From Candidatus Sulfotelmatobacter sp. (GTDB lineage Bacteria > Acidobacteriota > Terriglobia > Terriglobales > Acidobacteriaceae), in contig JASHOH010000122.1 in the NCBI GenBank assembly GCA_030041215.1, positions 7,429-71,428 on the forward strand: a DNA stretch of 64,000 nt. Reading direction: 5' to 3'. Of this stretch, positions 9,303 through 18,169 are shown piece by piece. The position numbers and the translations under genes are program-made. Position 1 is the first letter of the stretch. The number at the start of each line of letters is the position of its first letter. The notes beneath the pieces were generated by a model that was not told the DNA's origin, did not search any database, and worked only from the letters and a program-made list of their open reading frames with translations.

Positions 9303-9917
9303 TCACTTCTTCACAATCGGGTTATATCCATCGTTGATCAGGCGCGACCGCATGCCTTCCGCGTCTTTGATGTCTGTGAATGGCCCTAGCTGAACGCGGA
9401 ACAGCTTGTCGGTGGAGTTCGCCGCCACAAATGCAGGGTATTGTTTTTTCTTCAGCGCCTCAAGCAGAGCCTCGGCGTCTTCCTGCTTGCTCACTGCTGC
9501 AACCTGCACGAAGTAAGGAGAAATAGGCAGCGCCATGGGATCGGTCGGATTCGTCGTTGAGGACGGCGGAGCTGTGGTAGGGCTGGCAGGGGCGGATGAC
9601 TCTGTAGGCGTGGTCGGCGGAGTGGGTACCGGGGTCGAAGATGTGTCGCTCGTGGCAGGGTTCAACTGTGCATTCGCATCTTTCTGTTCCACTGACTTAT
9701 AAAAAGTCATGGTCGGCGCGGGCTGCGCTGATTGTGGGTTCGTTGCTTTGGCAACCGTGGGAACCGGTGCCGTAGCCATCAGCGGTTCCGACTTGCGCCC
9801 CAGCCGGTAGCCCAGCGAAAAGAACACGGCGCAGATGATCACCAGGCCAAAAAACAGTACCAGAAGCTTCCCCGTGCCCAGAGTAATTTCAGTGTCTTGT
9901 GCAGAATCCATTTTCAA
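9303..9917 (-). CDS. SPOR domain membrane-anchored protein
   Basis: N-terminal TM helix (LLVLFFGLVIICAVFF), a Pro/Thr/Ser-rich linker, and a C-terminal SPOR-like domain (YFVQVAAVSKQEDAEALLEALKKKQYPAFV ... FRVQLGPF). Confidence 0.8.
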   Translation of the reverse strand: MKMDSAQDTEITLGTGKLLVLFFGLVIICAVFFSLGYRLGRKSEPLMATAPVPTVAKATNPQSAQPAPTMTFYKSVEQKDANAQLNPATSDTSSTPVPTPPTTPTESSAPASPTTAPPSSTTNPTDPMALPISPYFVQVAAVSKQEDAEALLEALKKKQYPAFVAANSTDKLFRVQLGPFTDIKDAEGMRSRLINDGYNPIVKK

Positions 9918-9940
9918 AACGCCCCAACCCGAACTTCTTA

Positions 9941-9976
9941 GCGATCTTTGCGGGTCCTTCTTAGTGCTCTTTTAAG
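9941..9976 (-). repeat. Probable family E copy
   Basis: GCGATCTTTGCGGGTCCTTCTTAGTGCTCTTTTAAG resembles the 33871-33910 segment. Confidence 0.35.
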
Positions 9977-10043
9977 ATCTTTTTCGTCCCGTCCCAAACT
10001 TGGAGCGAAACGAAGCCTACGCCGATTTAGAAGCTGGCGTTGT

Positions 10044-10814
10044 CTACTCGCCCGCTTTCGCCATCATCTTTTGCAGCCCCGCGAAAAAGTCCACCGGCAC
10101 TGGGAAAATTACAGTCGTATTTTTCTCTACGCCAATCTCGGTCAGCGTTTGCAGGTAACGAAGCTGCACACTCACTGGTTCCGTCGCCAGCAGGTGTGCC
10201 GCATCCACCAGCCGCTGCGCCGCCGAGAATTCGCCCTCGGCATGGATAATCTTCGACCGCTTCTCGCGCTCGGCTTCCGCCTGCTTTGCCATCGCCCGAA
10301 GCATCGACTCTGGTAAATCTACCTGCTTTACTTCCACGCTCACCACCTTCACTCCCCAGGGCGAAGTGTGCTGGTCAAGAATAGTTTGCAGGCGCAGATT
10401 GATCTTGTCGCGATGGGCGAGCAGTTCATCGAGTTCCAGCTCGCCCAACACTGATCGCAGTGTCGTCTGCGCGAACTGAGAAGTCTGATAAACGTAATTG
10501 GAAACTTCCACCACCGCCTTGTTAGGCTCGATCACCCGAAGAAAAATGACCGCGTTCACCTTCAGGGTGACGTTGTCGCGCGTGATGATGTCCTGTGGCG
10601 GCACTTCCAGCGCTTCCTGCCGCAGCGAAACTCTCACCATGCGGTCGATGGGGGCAAATACCAAAATGACTCCCGGCCCTTTGGGGTGACTCAAGAGATG
10701 ACCCAAGCGGAAAATAACGCCGCGCTCGTATTCGGCCAGGATTTTGATGGAACTTAAGATATACAGGACGACGACGATGATGATGATACCGGTGAATCCG
10801 CCAATTAATTCCAT
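10044..10814 (-). CDS. SPFH/band 7 (stomatin-like, slipin) protein
   Basis: N-terminal TM helix, then SPFH core (ILAEYERGVIFRLG, TRDNVTLKVNAVIFLRV, RAMAKQAEAEREKR). It lies downstream of nfeD, as in the classic NfeD-stomatin operon. Confidence 0.9.
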   Translation of the reverse strand: MELIGGFTGIIIIVVVLYILSSIKILAEYERGVIFRLGHLLSHPKGPGVILVFAPIDRMVRVSLRQEALEVPPQDIITRDNVTLKVNAVIFLRVIEPNKAVVEVSNYVYQTSQFAQTTLRSVLGELELDELLAHRDKINLRLQTILDQHTSPWGVKVVSVEVKQVDLPESMLRAMAKQAEAEREKRSKIIHAEGEFSAAQRLVDAAHLLATEPVSVQLRYLQTLTEIGVEKNTTVIFPVPVDFFAGLQKMMAKAGE

Positions 10815-10927
10815 TTTCTGCCTCCGCTAACGCAGCAGAACACTCCTACCGCGGATTGTAACGCAGCAACGATGGATCGTTGCGAAATTCGCAAGCGAGG
10901 TAGTGTCCTGATAACGGGCACAGACTT

Positions 10928-10967
10928 CCCCTGTGCTCCTCTGTGGCCCCTGTGTTTAATGAATTTT
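10928..10967 (+). repeat. Intergenic repeat family C copy (CTGTG..CTCTGTGG.. followed by an A/T-rich tail)
   Basis: CCCCTGTGCTCCTCTGTGGCCCCTGTGTTTAATGAATTTT lies inside the nfeD-SPFH spacer. Confidence 0.55.
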
Positions 10968-10975
10968 CCCTAAGC

Positions 10976-12304
10976 TCAACGGGAAACAGCCGGGGTCGAG
11001 GCAGGTTGCGTCGCGGCCACCGGGTCAACCTCGAGCACAAGTCCGTCCACCCGCCGCACAACAACGGACTGCCCCGCAGTTATATCGCAAGAAGAGACCG
11101 CGTCCCACAATTCGCCGTGAACGAAGATTTTCCCACGCGGCGAAAGGGAAGTCTGCGCAACGCCGACTTCGCCGATCAAACCTTCTTCACCCGAAACATG
11201 CTTGTTGCGCCGCGCCTTCAAAGCAATCGTCATCAGAAAAGCCGTGATCAGTCCCAACGGAATGCTCACCGCCAGCGCAGTGACCAAATGAACGCGCATT
11301 TCCGGAATAGGCGAATCAACCAATAGTAAGCCGCCCAAAGTCAGTAGAACGATACCGCCAGTGGTAAGCACTCCATGTGTCGCGAACTTGGCCTCGGCCG
11401 CAAACAGTGCAAACGCGCCCAGAATCAGTCCAAGTGCCGCAAACCGCACGGGCAGCAGATTTAGCGCAAACGCAGCCAGAATTATGAACACAACTCCCAC
11501 GGTCCCGGGAACTACCGCTCCCGGATGGTTGAACTCTGCATAGAGAGCCAGCGCGCCAATGGCCAGCAGAATAAACGCGATATTCGGATCCATCAGATAC
11601 CCAAGGATGTGCTCCTTAAGCGTCATGCCGAACGGCACAACCGGCTGGCCAACTAGGTTCAGTGTGACCTCTTGCCCGGTGAAACGCTTGATCGGCTTGC
11701 CTTCCATCTGCCGGAAAAGGTCGGTTTCGTCCGGCGCAATGTAATCGATAAGGTGTTGCGAAAGCGCTTCCTGATCGGTGAACGACTTCGATTCGCGCAC
11801 CGCGCTCTCCGCTAGTTGAACATTCCGTCCCCGGCGAGAAACCACCGACCGCATCAGCGCCGCAGCATCGTTTTCGACCTTCTGCTTCATCTCGTCGTCA
11901 GTCTTTACCGCATTCGGACCAATCAGCATTACTGGATGCGCCGCCCCCGCGTTCGTTCCCGGCGCCATCGCGGCCACATCAGCCGCTTCGAGAATAAAAA
12001 TTCCTGCCGATCCGGCGCGCGCCCCGCTGGGCGCGACATAAATAATCACGGGAACCTGCGAAGTGGTGATCTTCTCAATGATATGGCGAGTAGATTCGAC
12101 CAGGCCTCCCGGCGTATTAATCTCGATCAACACCGCCTGATCGCCGCGCCGCGCCGCCTCGTCGATAGCGCGTTCAATATATTCCTGCGTGATGGGCTGA
12201 ATCGTGTCATTGATGACAATTTTGAGGACATCGGCGCGTGAGAGCGGAACGAGGACAAGCGCCACGACACCGAGAAGCAACCACGAAAGCACTTTTCTAT
12301 TCAT
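10976..12304 (-). CDS. nfeD: NfeD family membrane-bound ClpP-class serine protease
   Basis: Signal peptide MNRKVLSWLLLGVVALVLVPLSRA from ATG 12304 (alternative GTG at 12334). ClpP-like domain (INTPGGLVESTRHII, GSAGIFILEAADV), multi-TM middle, C-terminal NfeD OB domain (GKIFVHGELWDAVS). Confidence 0.85.
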   Translation of the reverse strand: MNRKVLSWLLLGVVALVLVPLSRADVLKIVINDTIQPITQEYIERAIDEAARRGDQAVLIEINTPGGLVESTRHIIEKITTSQVPVIIYVAPSGARAGSAGIFILEAADVAAMAPGTNAGAAHPVMLIGPNAVKTDDEMKQKVENDAAALMRSVVSRRGRNVQLAESAVRESKSFTDQEALSQHLIDYIAPDETDLFRQMEGKPIKRFTGQEVTLNLVGQPVVPFGMTLKEHILGYLMDPNIAFILLAIGALALYAEFNHPGAVVPGTVGVVFIILAAFALNLLPVRFAALGLILGAFALFAAEAKFATHGVLTTGGIVLLTLGGLLLVDSPIPEMRVHLVTALAVSIPLGLITAFLMTIALKARRNKHVSGEEGLIGEVGVAQTSLSPRGKIFVHGELWDAVSSCDITAGQSVVVRRVDGLVLEVDPVAATQPASTPAVSR

Positions 12305-12397
12305 AAGATGGAGTTTGTATGGTGCCGTAGGCACGCCTAAACTCCCCAGTCAGCATGCGATATCCGAATCTCACAGACATCTGCTTATATTTTCCTC

Positions 12398-13765
12398 TTA
12401 TTTGCGACCGACGACAGAAATTTCTTGTTCCCGCTCGGCCTTCGGAGCTCCCGCGTCAGAGCCCTTCCACCCCGGCAGCCTCGTGCTTCCCGTAATCAGC
12501 CGCGCTCCGCGTTCATATGTGAAGTACGACCATGCCCACTGCACAAAAACCAATACGCGATTCTGAAACCCGATCAGAAAAAGAATGTGGACGAACAGCC
12601 ACGTCAGCCAGGCGATAAATCCGGAGATATGAATTTTTCCAAACTGCGCCACCGCGGCAGCGCGTCCAATCGTCGCCAGGCTGCCTTTATCGTGATAGTG
12701 AAACGCCGGTCGAGACTCGCGCAATCTCTTGCCTTCAATCTCGCGCCGAATGAGCTTAGCTACGAAACGTCCTTCCTGAATCGCGACTTGCGCGACGCCG
12801 GGCAGCAACTTTCCAGCATCATCATTCAGAGCCGCGAGATCGCCGATGACAAACACTTCAGGATGCCCCGGAACACTCAAATCGCGCTCCACCAGCACAC
12901 GTCCCGCGCGATCGGTCGGCACGCCGAGCTTCTTGCCCAAAGGTGAGGCGGCCACGCCTGCGGCCCAAAGAATGACGGCGGCTTCCATCCGCGTTTCGCC
13001 CATGTAAATTGCGCCGGGCTCGATTTTTGTCACCATCGTGGAGGTGAGCACTTCCACGCCCAGCCGCCGGAGCTGTTTGAGGGCGCTACGCGAAAGATCT
13101 TCTGGATACGCCGGCAAAACGTGCGGACCACCCTCAATCAGATGAATGCGCGCCCGCCGCGGATCAATGGTGCGAAAATCGTCCGCCAGCGCATGCCGGC
13201 AAATCTCGGCAAGAGTTCCGGCCAGTTCCACTCCGGTAGGCCCGGCGCCCACAACCACAAAATTCAACGGTTCAGCCGCTTCCCCCGCCGCGGCCTGGCG
13301 TTCTGCCAGTTCGAAAGCCAGCAGAACCCGCCGCCGGATTTCGAGCGCATCCTCAATGGTCTTGAGGCCGGGCGCGAACTCCTCCCACTCATCATGTCCA
13401 AAATAAGCATGGCTCGCGCCGGCAGCGACGATGAGGTAGTCGTAAGAAATCTCTTCGTCCGGTGTAAGCAGGAGCCTGTGATCAAGATCGAAGCCTGTAA
13501 CTTCGTCCATCAACACTTCAATGTTTTTGTGCCGCCGCAGAATGGATCGGATCGGCTCGGCGATTTCTCCTGGCGAAAGTCCCGCCGTCGCGACCTGATA
13601 AAGCAATGGTTGAAAGGTATGGTGGTTTCTGCGGTCAACTACGGTAACTTCGGCCCGCGCCCGGGCGAGCGCCTGCGCCGCATTTAGCCCGCCAAATCCC
13701 GCTCCCACGATGACCACGCGAGGCTCAGCCGGCGTTTCCACTTCATGTGCTGCCTTGCTGTTCAT
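12398..13765 (-). CDS. ndh: Type II NADH dehydrogenase (NAD(P)/FAD-dependent oxidoreductase)
   Basis: Two dinucleotide-binding motifs (VVIVGAGFGGL, VVVGAGPTGVE), FVIGDLA, and a C-terminal membrane-associating helix. Confidence 0.85.
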   Translation of the reverse strand: MNSKAAHEVETPAEPRVVIVGAGFGGLNAAQALARARAEVTVVDRRNHHTFQPLLYQVATAGLSPGEIAEPIRSILRRHKNIEVLMDEVTGFDLDHRLLLTPDEEISYDYLIVAAGASHAYFGHDEWEEFAPGLKTIEDALEIRRRVLLAFELAERQAAAGEAAEPLNFVVVGAGPTGVELAGTLAEICRHALADDFRTIDPRRARIHLIEGGPHVLPAYPEDLSRSALKQLRRLGVEVLTSTMVTKIEPGAIYMGETRMEAAVILWAAGVAASPLGKKLGVPTDRAGRVLVERDLSVPGHPEVFVIGDLAALNDDAGKLLPGVAQVAIQEGRFVAKLIRREIEGKRLRESRPAFHYHDKGSLATIGRAAAVAQFGKIHISGFIAWLTWLFVHILFLIGFQNRVLVFVQWAWSYFTYERGARLITGSTRLPGWKGSDAGAPKAEREQEISVVGRK

Positions 13766-13791
13766 GGTCCTTACTTATAAGATTCAGCGCG

Positions 13792-15417
13792 ATGGCAATC
13801 GGCTCAGGAACTTCCGGCGCAGGCTCGCGTGGCGTTGCGCGCTGGTGCATTCCATCTTCGGCTGATCTAATTTTTATTGCGTTCCTCGGACTTTTGGCCT
13901 TCACGTCGCTTTCGGTCCGGTTGCTGAGCGACGCCGGAATCGGCTGGCACATCCGCTGCGGTCAATTGATTTTGGCCACGCACACGGTCCCTCGCGTTGA
14001 CCCGTTTTCCTCGACAATGCACGGTCGGCCATGGTTCGCCTGGGAGTGGCTGTTCGACATAATCGTGGGATGGCTGGAACGCGTCGGAGGGCTAAACGCA
14101 GTCGTGCTTTTTGCGGCCCTGATTATTGCTACCGTCTACGCCTGTACCTTCCGCCTGCTTCTGCGCCGAGGGACAAGTCTCTCGCTCGCATTGATTCTGA
14201 CCCTGCTCGCCGCCTCAGCCGCAATGATCCATTTTCAAGCGCGGCCACACCTGCTGAGCTGGCTGTTGACGCTGGCATGGTTCTACATTCTGGAGTCATC
14301 AGACCATCAACCTGATCAACGCCAATCATCAACTCCCGCTCGCCTGCTCTGGTTTCTCCCTCTGCTAATGCTGATATGGGTCAACGTTCACGGAGGCTTC
14401 CTGATCGGCTTTGTTTTACTGGCAATTTACTGGCTCGATTCAGCGTGGAAATATCTAAGGCCCCGCGCGGACCGGTTCGAAGACATTCTGCGCACAATTC
14501 AGGCAGGCCATCGATTTCGTTCACTCAGCCTGATCGGACTGATCAGCGCCGCTGTCACGCTCGTCAATCCGTACGGCTTTAAATTACACATCCACATCTA
14601 TCGCTATCTTTCCAATCGCTTTCTGATGGACCACATCGACGAATTCCAGTCGCCGAATTTTCACTACGCCGCCCAGAAGTGCTTCGCAGCCTTGTTGCTG
14701 CTCGCGATCGTGGCACTGGCCGCGAAGTGCCATAAGGCCGGCCTGAGCCACATCCTGGTTGTGATGTTCGCGGTTTCTTCCGGCCTTTATGCCTCGCGCA
14801 ACATCCCGGTCGCGTCTCTTCTTCTGGTTCTGATGATCGGACCGTGGTTGTCAGAAGCAATCGAAAACTACACCGCGACCCGTGCAATCCGAGGTGGCTC
14901 GCAACTCGCTGGGCAATCATCCGCAAATTTCTTCCAAAGAATGCAAGCAGTCGAGTTTAGCCTGCGCGGCCATCTTTCGCCCTCGGCAGCCGTGATATTG
15001 AGCTTTTGGATTGCCGTTCACGGTGGCGCGTTCGGATCCATCCAACTGATGAATGCTCAGTTCGATCCCCAGCGGTTTTCAGTCAGCGCGGTTTCCGCTC
15101 TTGAGAAGTGCGTCCGTCGCGGTCCGCTGCTGGCGCCCGACTACTGGGGTGGTTACTTGATCTATCGCCTCTATCCGAAAGCTCAAGTTGTGGTTGATGA
15201 CCGCCACGACCTTTACGGCGAGCAATTCCTGAAGTCTTACTTGAAGATGATCCACGCCGAAGCGGGCTGGCACGACTTTCTCGATCAGTATCGGCCGCAA
15301 TATATTCTTGTCCCCAAAGGCTCAGCTCTGGAGAGCATCCTGCTTGAAAACGGGGACTGGGCCCTGATCTACAGCGATGACACAGCGAGCATCTTCGCTG
15401 CCCGTGTTAGCCCGTAA
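13792..15417 (+). CDS. Polytopic inner-membrane protein of unknown function
   Basis: Many hydrophobic segments across the N-terminal ~400 aa and a soluble-looking C-terminal ~120 aa. ATG 13792 is chosen so the gene does not overlap the ndh start. No family recognised with confidence. Confidence 0.5.
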   Translation: MAIGSGTSGAGSRGVARWCIPSSADLIFIAFLGLLAFTSLSVRLLSDAGIGWHIRCGQLILATHTVPRVDPFSSTMHGRPWFAWEWLFDIIVGWLERVGGLNAVVLFAALIIATVYACTFRLLLRRGTSLSLALILTLLAASAAMIHFQARPHLLSWLLTLAWFYILESSDHQPDQRQSSTPARLLWFLPLLMLIWVNVHGGFLIGFVLLAIYWLDSAWKYLRPRADRFEDILRTIQAGHRFRSLSLIGLISAAVTLVNPYGFKLHIHIYRYLSNRFLMDHIDEFQSPNFHYAAQKCFAALLLLAIVALAAKCHKAGLSHILVVMFAVSSGLYASRNIPVASLLLVLMIGPWLSEAIENYTATRAIRGGSQLAGQSSANFFQRMQAVEFSLRGHLSPSAAVILSFWIAVHGGAFGSIQLMNAQFDPQRFSVSAVSALEKCVRRGPLLAPDYWGGYLIYRLYPKAQVVVDDRHDLYGEQFLKSYLKMIHAEAGWHDFLDQYRPQYILVPKGSALESILLENGDWALIYSDDTASIFAARVSP

Positions 15418-15516
15418 TGTCCGGCCGAGCGAAACTCGGCAGCATTTCAAGGTTGTGTGCCCGCTTTCTCGCGCGCTTTGCGCGAGAAGGAGCGTTTTGA
15501 GGAACGTGCTGTTCCT

Positions 15517-15543
15517 CCCTGTCCTCTGTGGTCAAAGATTTTC
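15517..15543 (+). repeat. Intergenic repeat family C copy
   Basis: CCCTGTCCTCTGTGGTCAAAGATTTTC, preceded by three hairpins (15424-15440, 15466-15488, 15499-15517). Confidence 0.5.
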
Positions 15544-15584
15544 TTCTGCGACTTTTGAGTCACCGCGCCTGCTAAACTCTCTCC

Positions 15585-16805
15585 GTGCCGCGCCCCGCTC
15601 ATCTCGAATGTACTCGGTGCCACGAACACTATCCCGCCGACCGCCCGCAAACCGTCTGCCCCAAAGATGGTGGAGTTCTCTACGCCCGCTACGATCTCGC
15701 CGCCATCAAGCAAACCTTCACGCCCGCATCCATCCTGCCCCTCGCCCCTACGATGTGGCGCTACGACGCCGTCCTTCCCGAAGCCCCACCCGCCACGCTC
15801 GGTGAAGGCTTTACTCCCTTGCTGCGGAGCCGCGAGTTTCCCAACGTCTTCATCAAAGACGAAGGCCTGAACCCAACCGGCTCCTTCAAAGCCCGGGGGC
15901 TCTCTGTCGCCGTTACCATGGCCCGCCACTTCGGCCTGAAGAAGCTTGTCATCCCCTCCGCCGGAAACGCCGCCAGCGCCCTCGCCGCTTACGCCGCCGC
16001 TGCCGGCATCGAAGCCCACATCTTCATGCCCAAAGATGTGCCCCTCGCCAACCGAGTCGAGTGTGATTACTATGGCGCGCACGTCACCCTGGTCGACGGC
16101 CTGATCTCCGACTGTGCCCGCAAAATCGCCGAACTGAAAGAAAAGCCCGACTGGTCCCGCGACGGCTGGTTCGACGTCTCAACCACTAAAGAGCCCTACC
16201 GCGTCGAAGGCAAAAAGACCATGGGCTACGAGGTCGCCGAACAACTCGGATGGAAACTTCCCGAGGGCATCATCTATCCCACTGGCGGCGGTGTCGGCCT
16301 GCTTGGCATGTGGAAGGCCTTTGACGAAATGGAACAATTGGGTTTTATCGGTTCGGAACGTCCGTACATGATCAGCGTGCAATCAGCGGGATGCGCTCCT
16401 GTTGTTAAAGCGTGGGATGAAGGTCGCGACTCGATCGAAATGTGGAGCAACGCTTCAACTCTAGCCGCCGGCCTGCGCGTTCCCAAACCTTACGCCGACT
16501 ACCTGATTCTCGACATTCTGAAACAAAGCGGAGGCCTCGCCCTGGCCGTCACTGATTCCGAAATTCTCGACGCCGCGCGCCACTGGGCCAAAGTCGAGGG
16601 CATTTTCGCCGCACCGGAAGGCGCAGCCTCGCTCACAGCGTATCGAAAACTTCTTGCCAGCGAATTTTTTACTCCTGATGATACAGTTGTTCTCTTTAAT
16701 ACCGGCTCAGGTCTGAAGTATCTCGATGTGCTCGACACTCACGATGTGGGGCGGGCGCCCACGCCTGCCTCGCGTGCGATCGGGGGAATTATCGGCCCTT
16801 ACTGA
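15585..16805 (+). CDS. thrC: Threonine synthase-like PLP-dependent enzyme
   Basis: N-terminal Cys ribbon (CTRCHEHY...CPKDGG), PLP-lysine motif NPTGSFKARG, and GGGVGLLG glycine loop. GTG start. Confidence 0.75.
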   Translation: MPRPAHLECTRCHEHYPADRPQTVCPKDGGVLYARYDLAAIKQTFTPASILPLAPTMWRYDAVLPEAPPATLGEGFTPLLRSREFPNVFIKDEGLNPTGSFKARGLSVAVTMARHFGLKKLVIPSAGNAASALAAYAAAAGIEAHIFMPKDVPLANRVECDYYGAHVTLVDGLISDCARKIAELKEKPDWSRDGWFDVSTTKEPYRVEGKKTMGYEVAEQLGWKLPEGIIYPTGGGVGLLGMWKAFDEMEQLGFIGSERPYMISVQSAGCAPVVKAWDEGRDSIEMWSNASTLAAGLRVPKPYADYLILDILKQSGGLALAVTDSEILDAARHWAKVEGIFAAPEGAASLTAYRKLLASEFFTPDDTVVLFNTGSGLKYLDVLDTHDVGRAPTPASRAIGGIIGPY

Positions 16806-16844
16806 ATTCGTTCGCGTCGTGACTGCAACTAACGCGGGAGAGTC

Positions 16845-17891
16845 CTATTTCGTCGGCAACAGAGTCACTCGCGGCGTCGTCGCAAAATCCTTTGCCGTTC
16901 CCCCCAGCACAAGCGGCCCTATCGCGCTAAAGACAATGCCGCGAGCGTCAGCCCGTGGCTCGGGAGTGTCCTGATCCACCGTCTCCCATCGATGATGGTG
17001 CACGTCATAGTCAAACGTCAGCGTCGATACCTCCGATGGCTGGCCATCGTACGCAACGCCGTTGTACGCGTGAGGAGTCGTTGTCCCGCCCGAAAATATA
17101 ACCTTATGCTCGTGGTCGGACCCGCCGCTCGCCATGCCAAAGCGCCCCTTGCCCGGATGCGCGAGCAATTTGCTCCATTCGATCTTGTTGGGATTCTTAT
17201 GATCGATCTTGCCCAGCCAGCATTCGTTTGACGGCACGTAGCGTGGCCCTCCGCTTGGTCCAGCTTTCGCTCCGTCGACGATCACGATGTTTTCGTCGGC
17301 GATGCCGCCCGCCAGCCCGAACACCGGAGTGCCGGGGAATGGAGTTGCCTGGTTCCAGTTGTCGGTTTGCGCATCGTAAACCTGCACACTGTTCACAGGG
17401 CCGTTGTTGGAGCGTCCGCCAATCAAATAGATATACCGATTGTGCGTAACGCCGATGACCGCACTGTCAACAGCGACGGGCATGTCTTTACTTCGGAACC
17501 ATTTGCGATTTTGTGGCTCAAAGACATCTACATCCGGCACGTCAATTTCCCTGCCATCGCTATCGACCATGTAGCCGCCCATTAGAAACACGGCGTCTCG
17601 CATGCCAATCGCCGCCGCGCCGAGGCGGCCGACTGTTCCGGGCACCTGATGCCCCACCGTCCACTTGGGATGAGCTAGATTCAACACATACATCTGATTG
17701 GTGATATCGTCCCACGTCTTGCGCGGCCCAACGCCCATCATCGAATAAATTTCAAGGCCGCCCCTGATGCTGGCGACAGCGTTGCCGGAAACTGCAAATG
17801 GCATGGAGGGAATTTTTTTTTTCTCTTTCTCGGCGCCACACAACGCGACGGCGCAGAATAACAGGGCGAGGAATGAAGAGAGCTTCTTCAT
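16845..17891 (-). CDS. Secreted Kelch-repeat beta-propeller protein
   Basis: Signal peptide MKKLSSFLALLFCAVALCGA. Repeated Kelch-like units (VFLMGGY, VFEPQNRKW, IYLIGGR, VYDAQTDNW, IVIVDGA). Confidence 0.65.
   Translation of the reverse strand: MKKLSSFLALLFCAVALCGAEKEKKKIPSMPFAVSGNAVASIRGGLEIYSMMGVGPRKTWDDITNQMYVLNLAHPKWTVGHQVPGTVGRLGAAAIGMRDAVFLMGGYMVDSDGREIDVPDVDVFEPQNRKWFRSKDMPVAVDSAVIGVTHNRYIYLIGGRSNNGPVNSVQVYDAQTDNWNQATPFPGTPVFGLAGGIADENIVIVDGAKAGPSGGPRYVPSNECWLGKIDHKNPNKIEWSKLLAHPGKGRFGMASGGSDHEHKVIFSGGTTTPHAYNGVAYDGQPSEVSTLTFDYDVHHHRWETVDQDTPEPRADARGIVFSAIGPLVLGGTAKDFATTPRVTLLPTK
17813..17822 (-). repeat. A10 homopolymer tract on the coding strand (T10 on plus), within the Kelch-protein gene
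   Basis: GAG AAA GAG AAA AAA AAA ATT encodes EKEKKKI just after the predicted signal peptide. Confidence 0.9.
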
Positions 17892-17976
17892 TTGACAGAT
17901 ATTATCGCAGGCGGCGCAGCAGATCCCTCTCCAGGTAATGGTGTTCGGGTTGAATTATCGGCCTTTCCTAGGCGAC

Positions 17977-18136
17977 GTCATCCTGAGCGTAGGTTGACGC
18001 GTTTGCGCGGCGTCCGAGCCGCGCGCCAAAATCCCGAGCATAGCGAGGGACCTCAGCCGGAGCGAAGGATCTCCTGAAACGACCTGCTCGCCGCCATTCC
18101 TTACCCCGTTGGCGAAAACAGCGCTTCGGGAATGAC
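17977..18136. repeat. MITE-like element of repeat family B with imperfect terminal inverted repeats
   Basis: Left end GTCATCCTGAGCG (17977-17989). Right end CGCTTCGGGAATGAC (18122-18136). Internal tandem GAGC(A)TAGCGAGGGACCTC / GGAGCGAAGGATCTC motifs. No plausible CDS. Confidence 0.6.
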
Positions 18137-18169
18137 ACCGGATTCAGTGCGGATATCAAAACCGAGCCA

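Noticed and set aside
17892-18159. Two ~60-aa ORFs (17892-18077 plus strand, 17968-18159 minus strand) in the Kelch/M20 intergenic gap.
   Set aside because: They are generated by the family B repeat element, overlap each other on opposite strands, and have no start context or family motifs.
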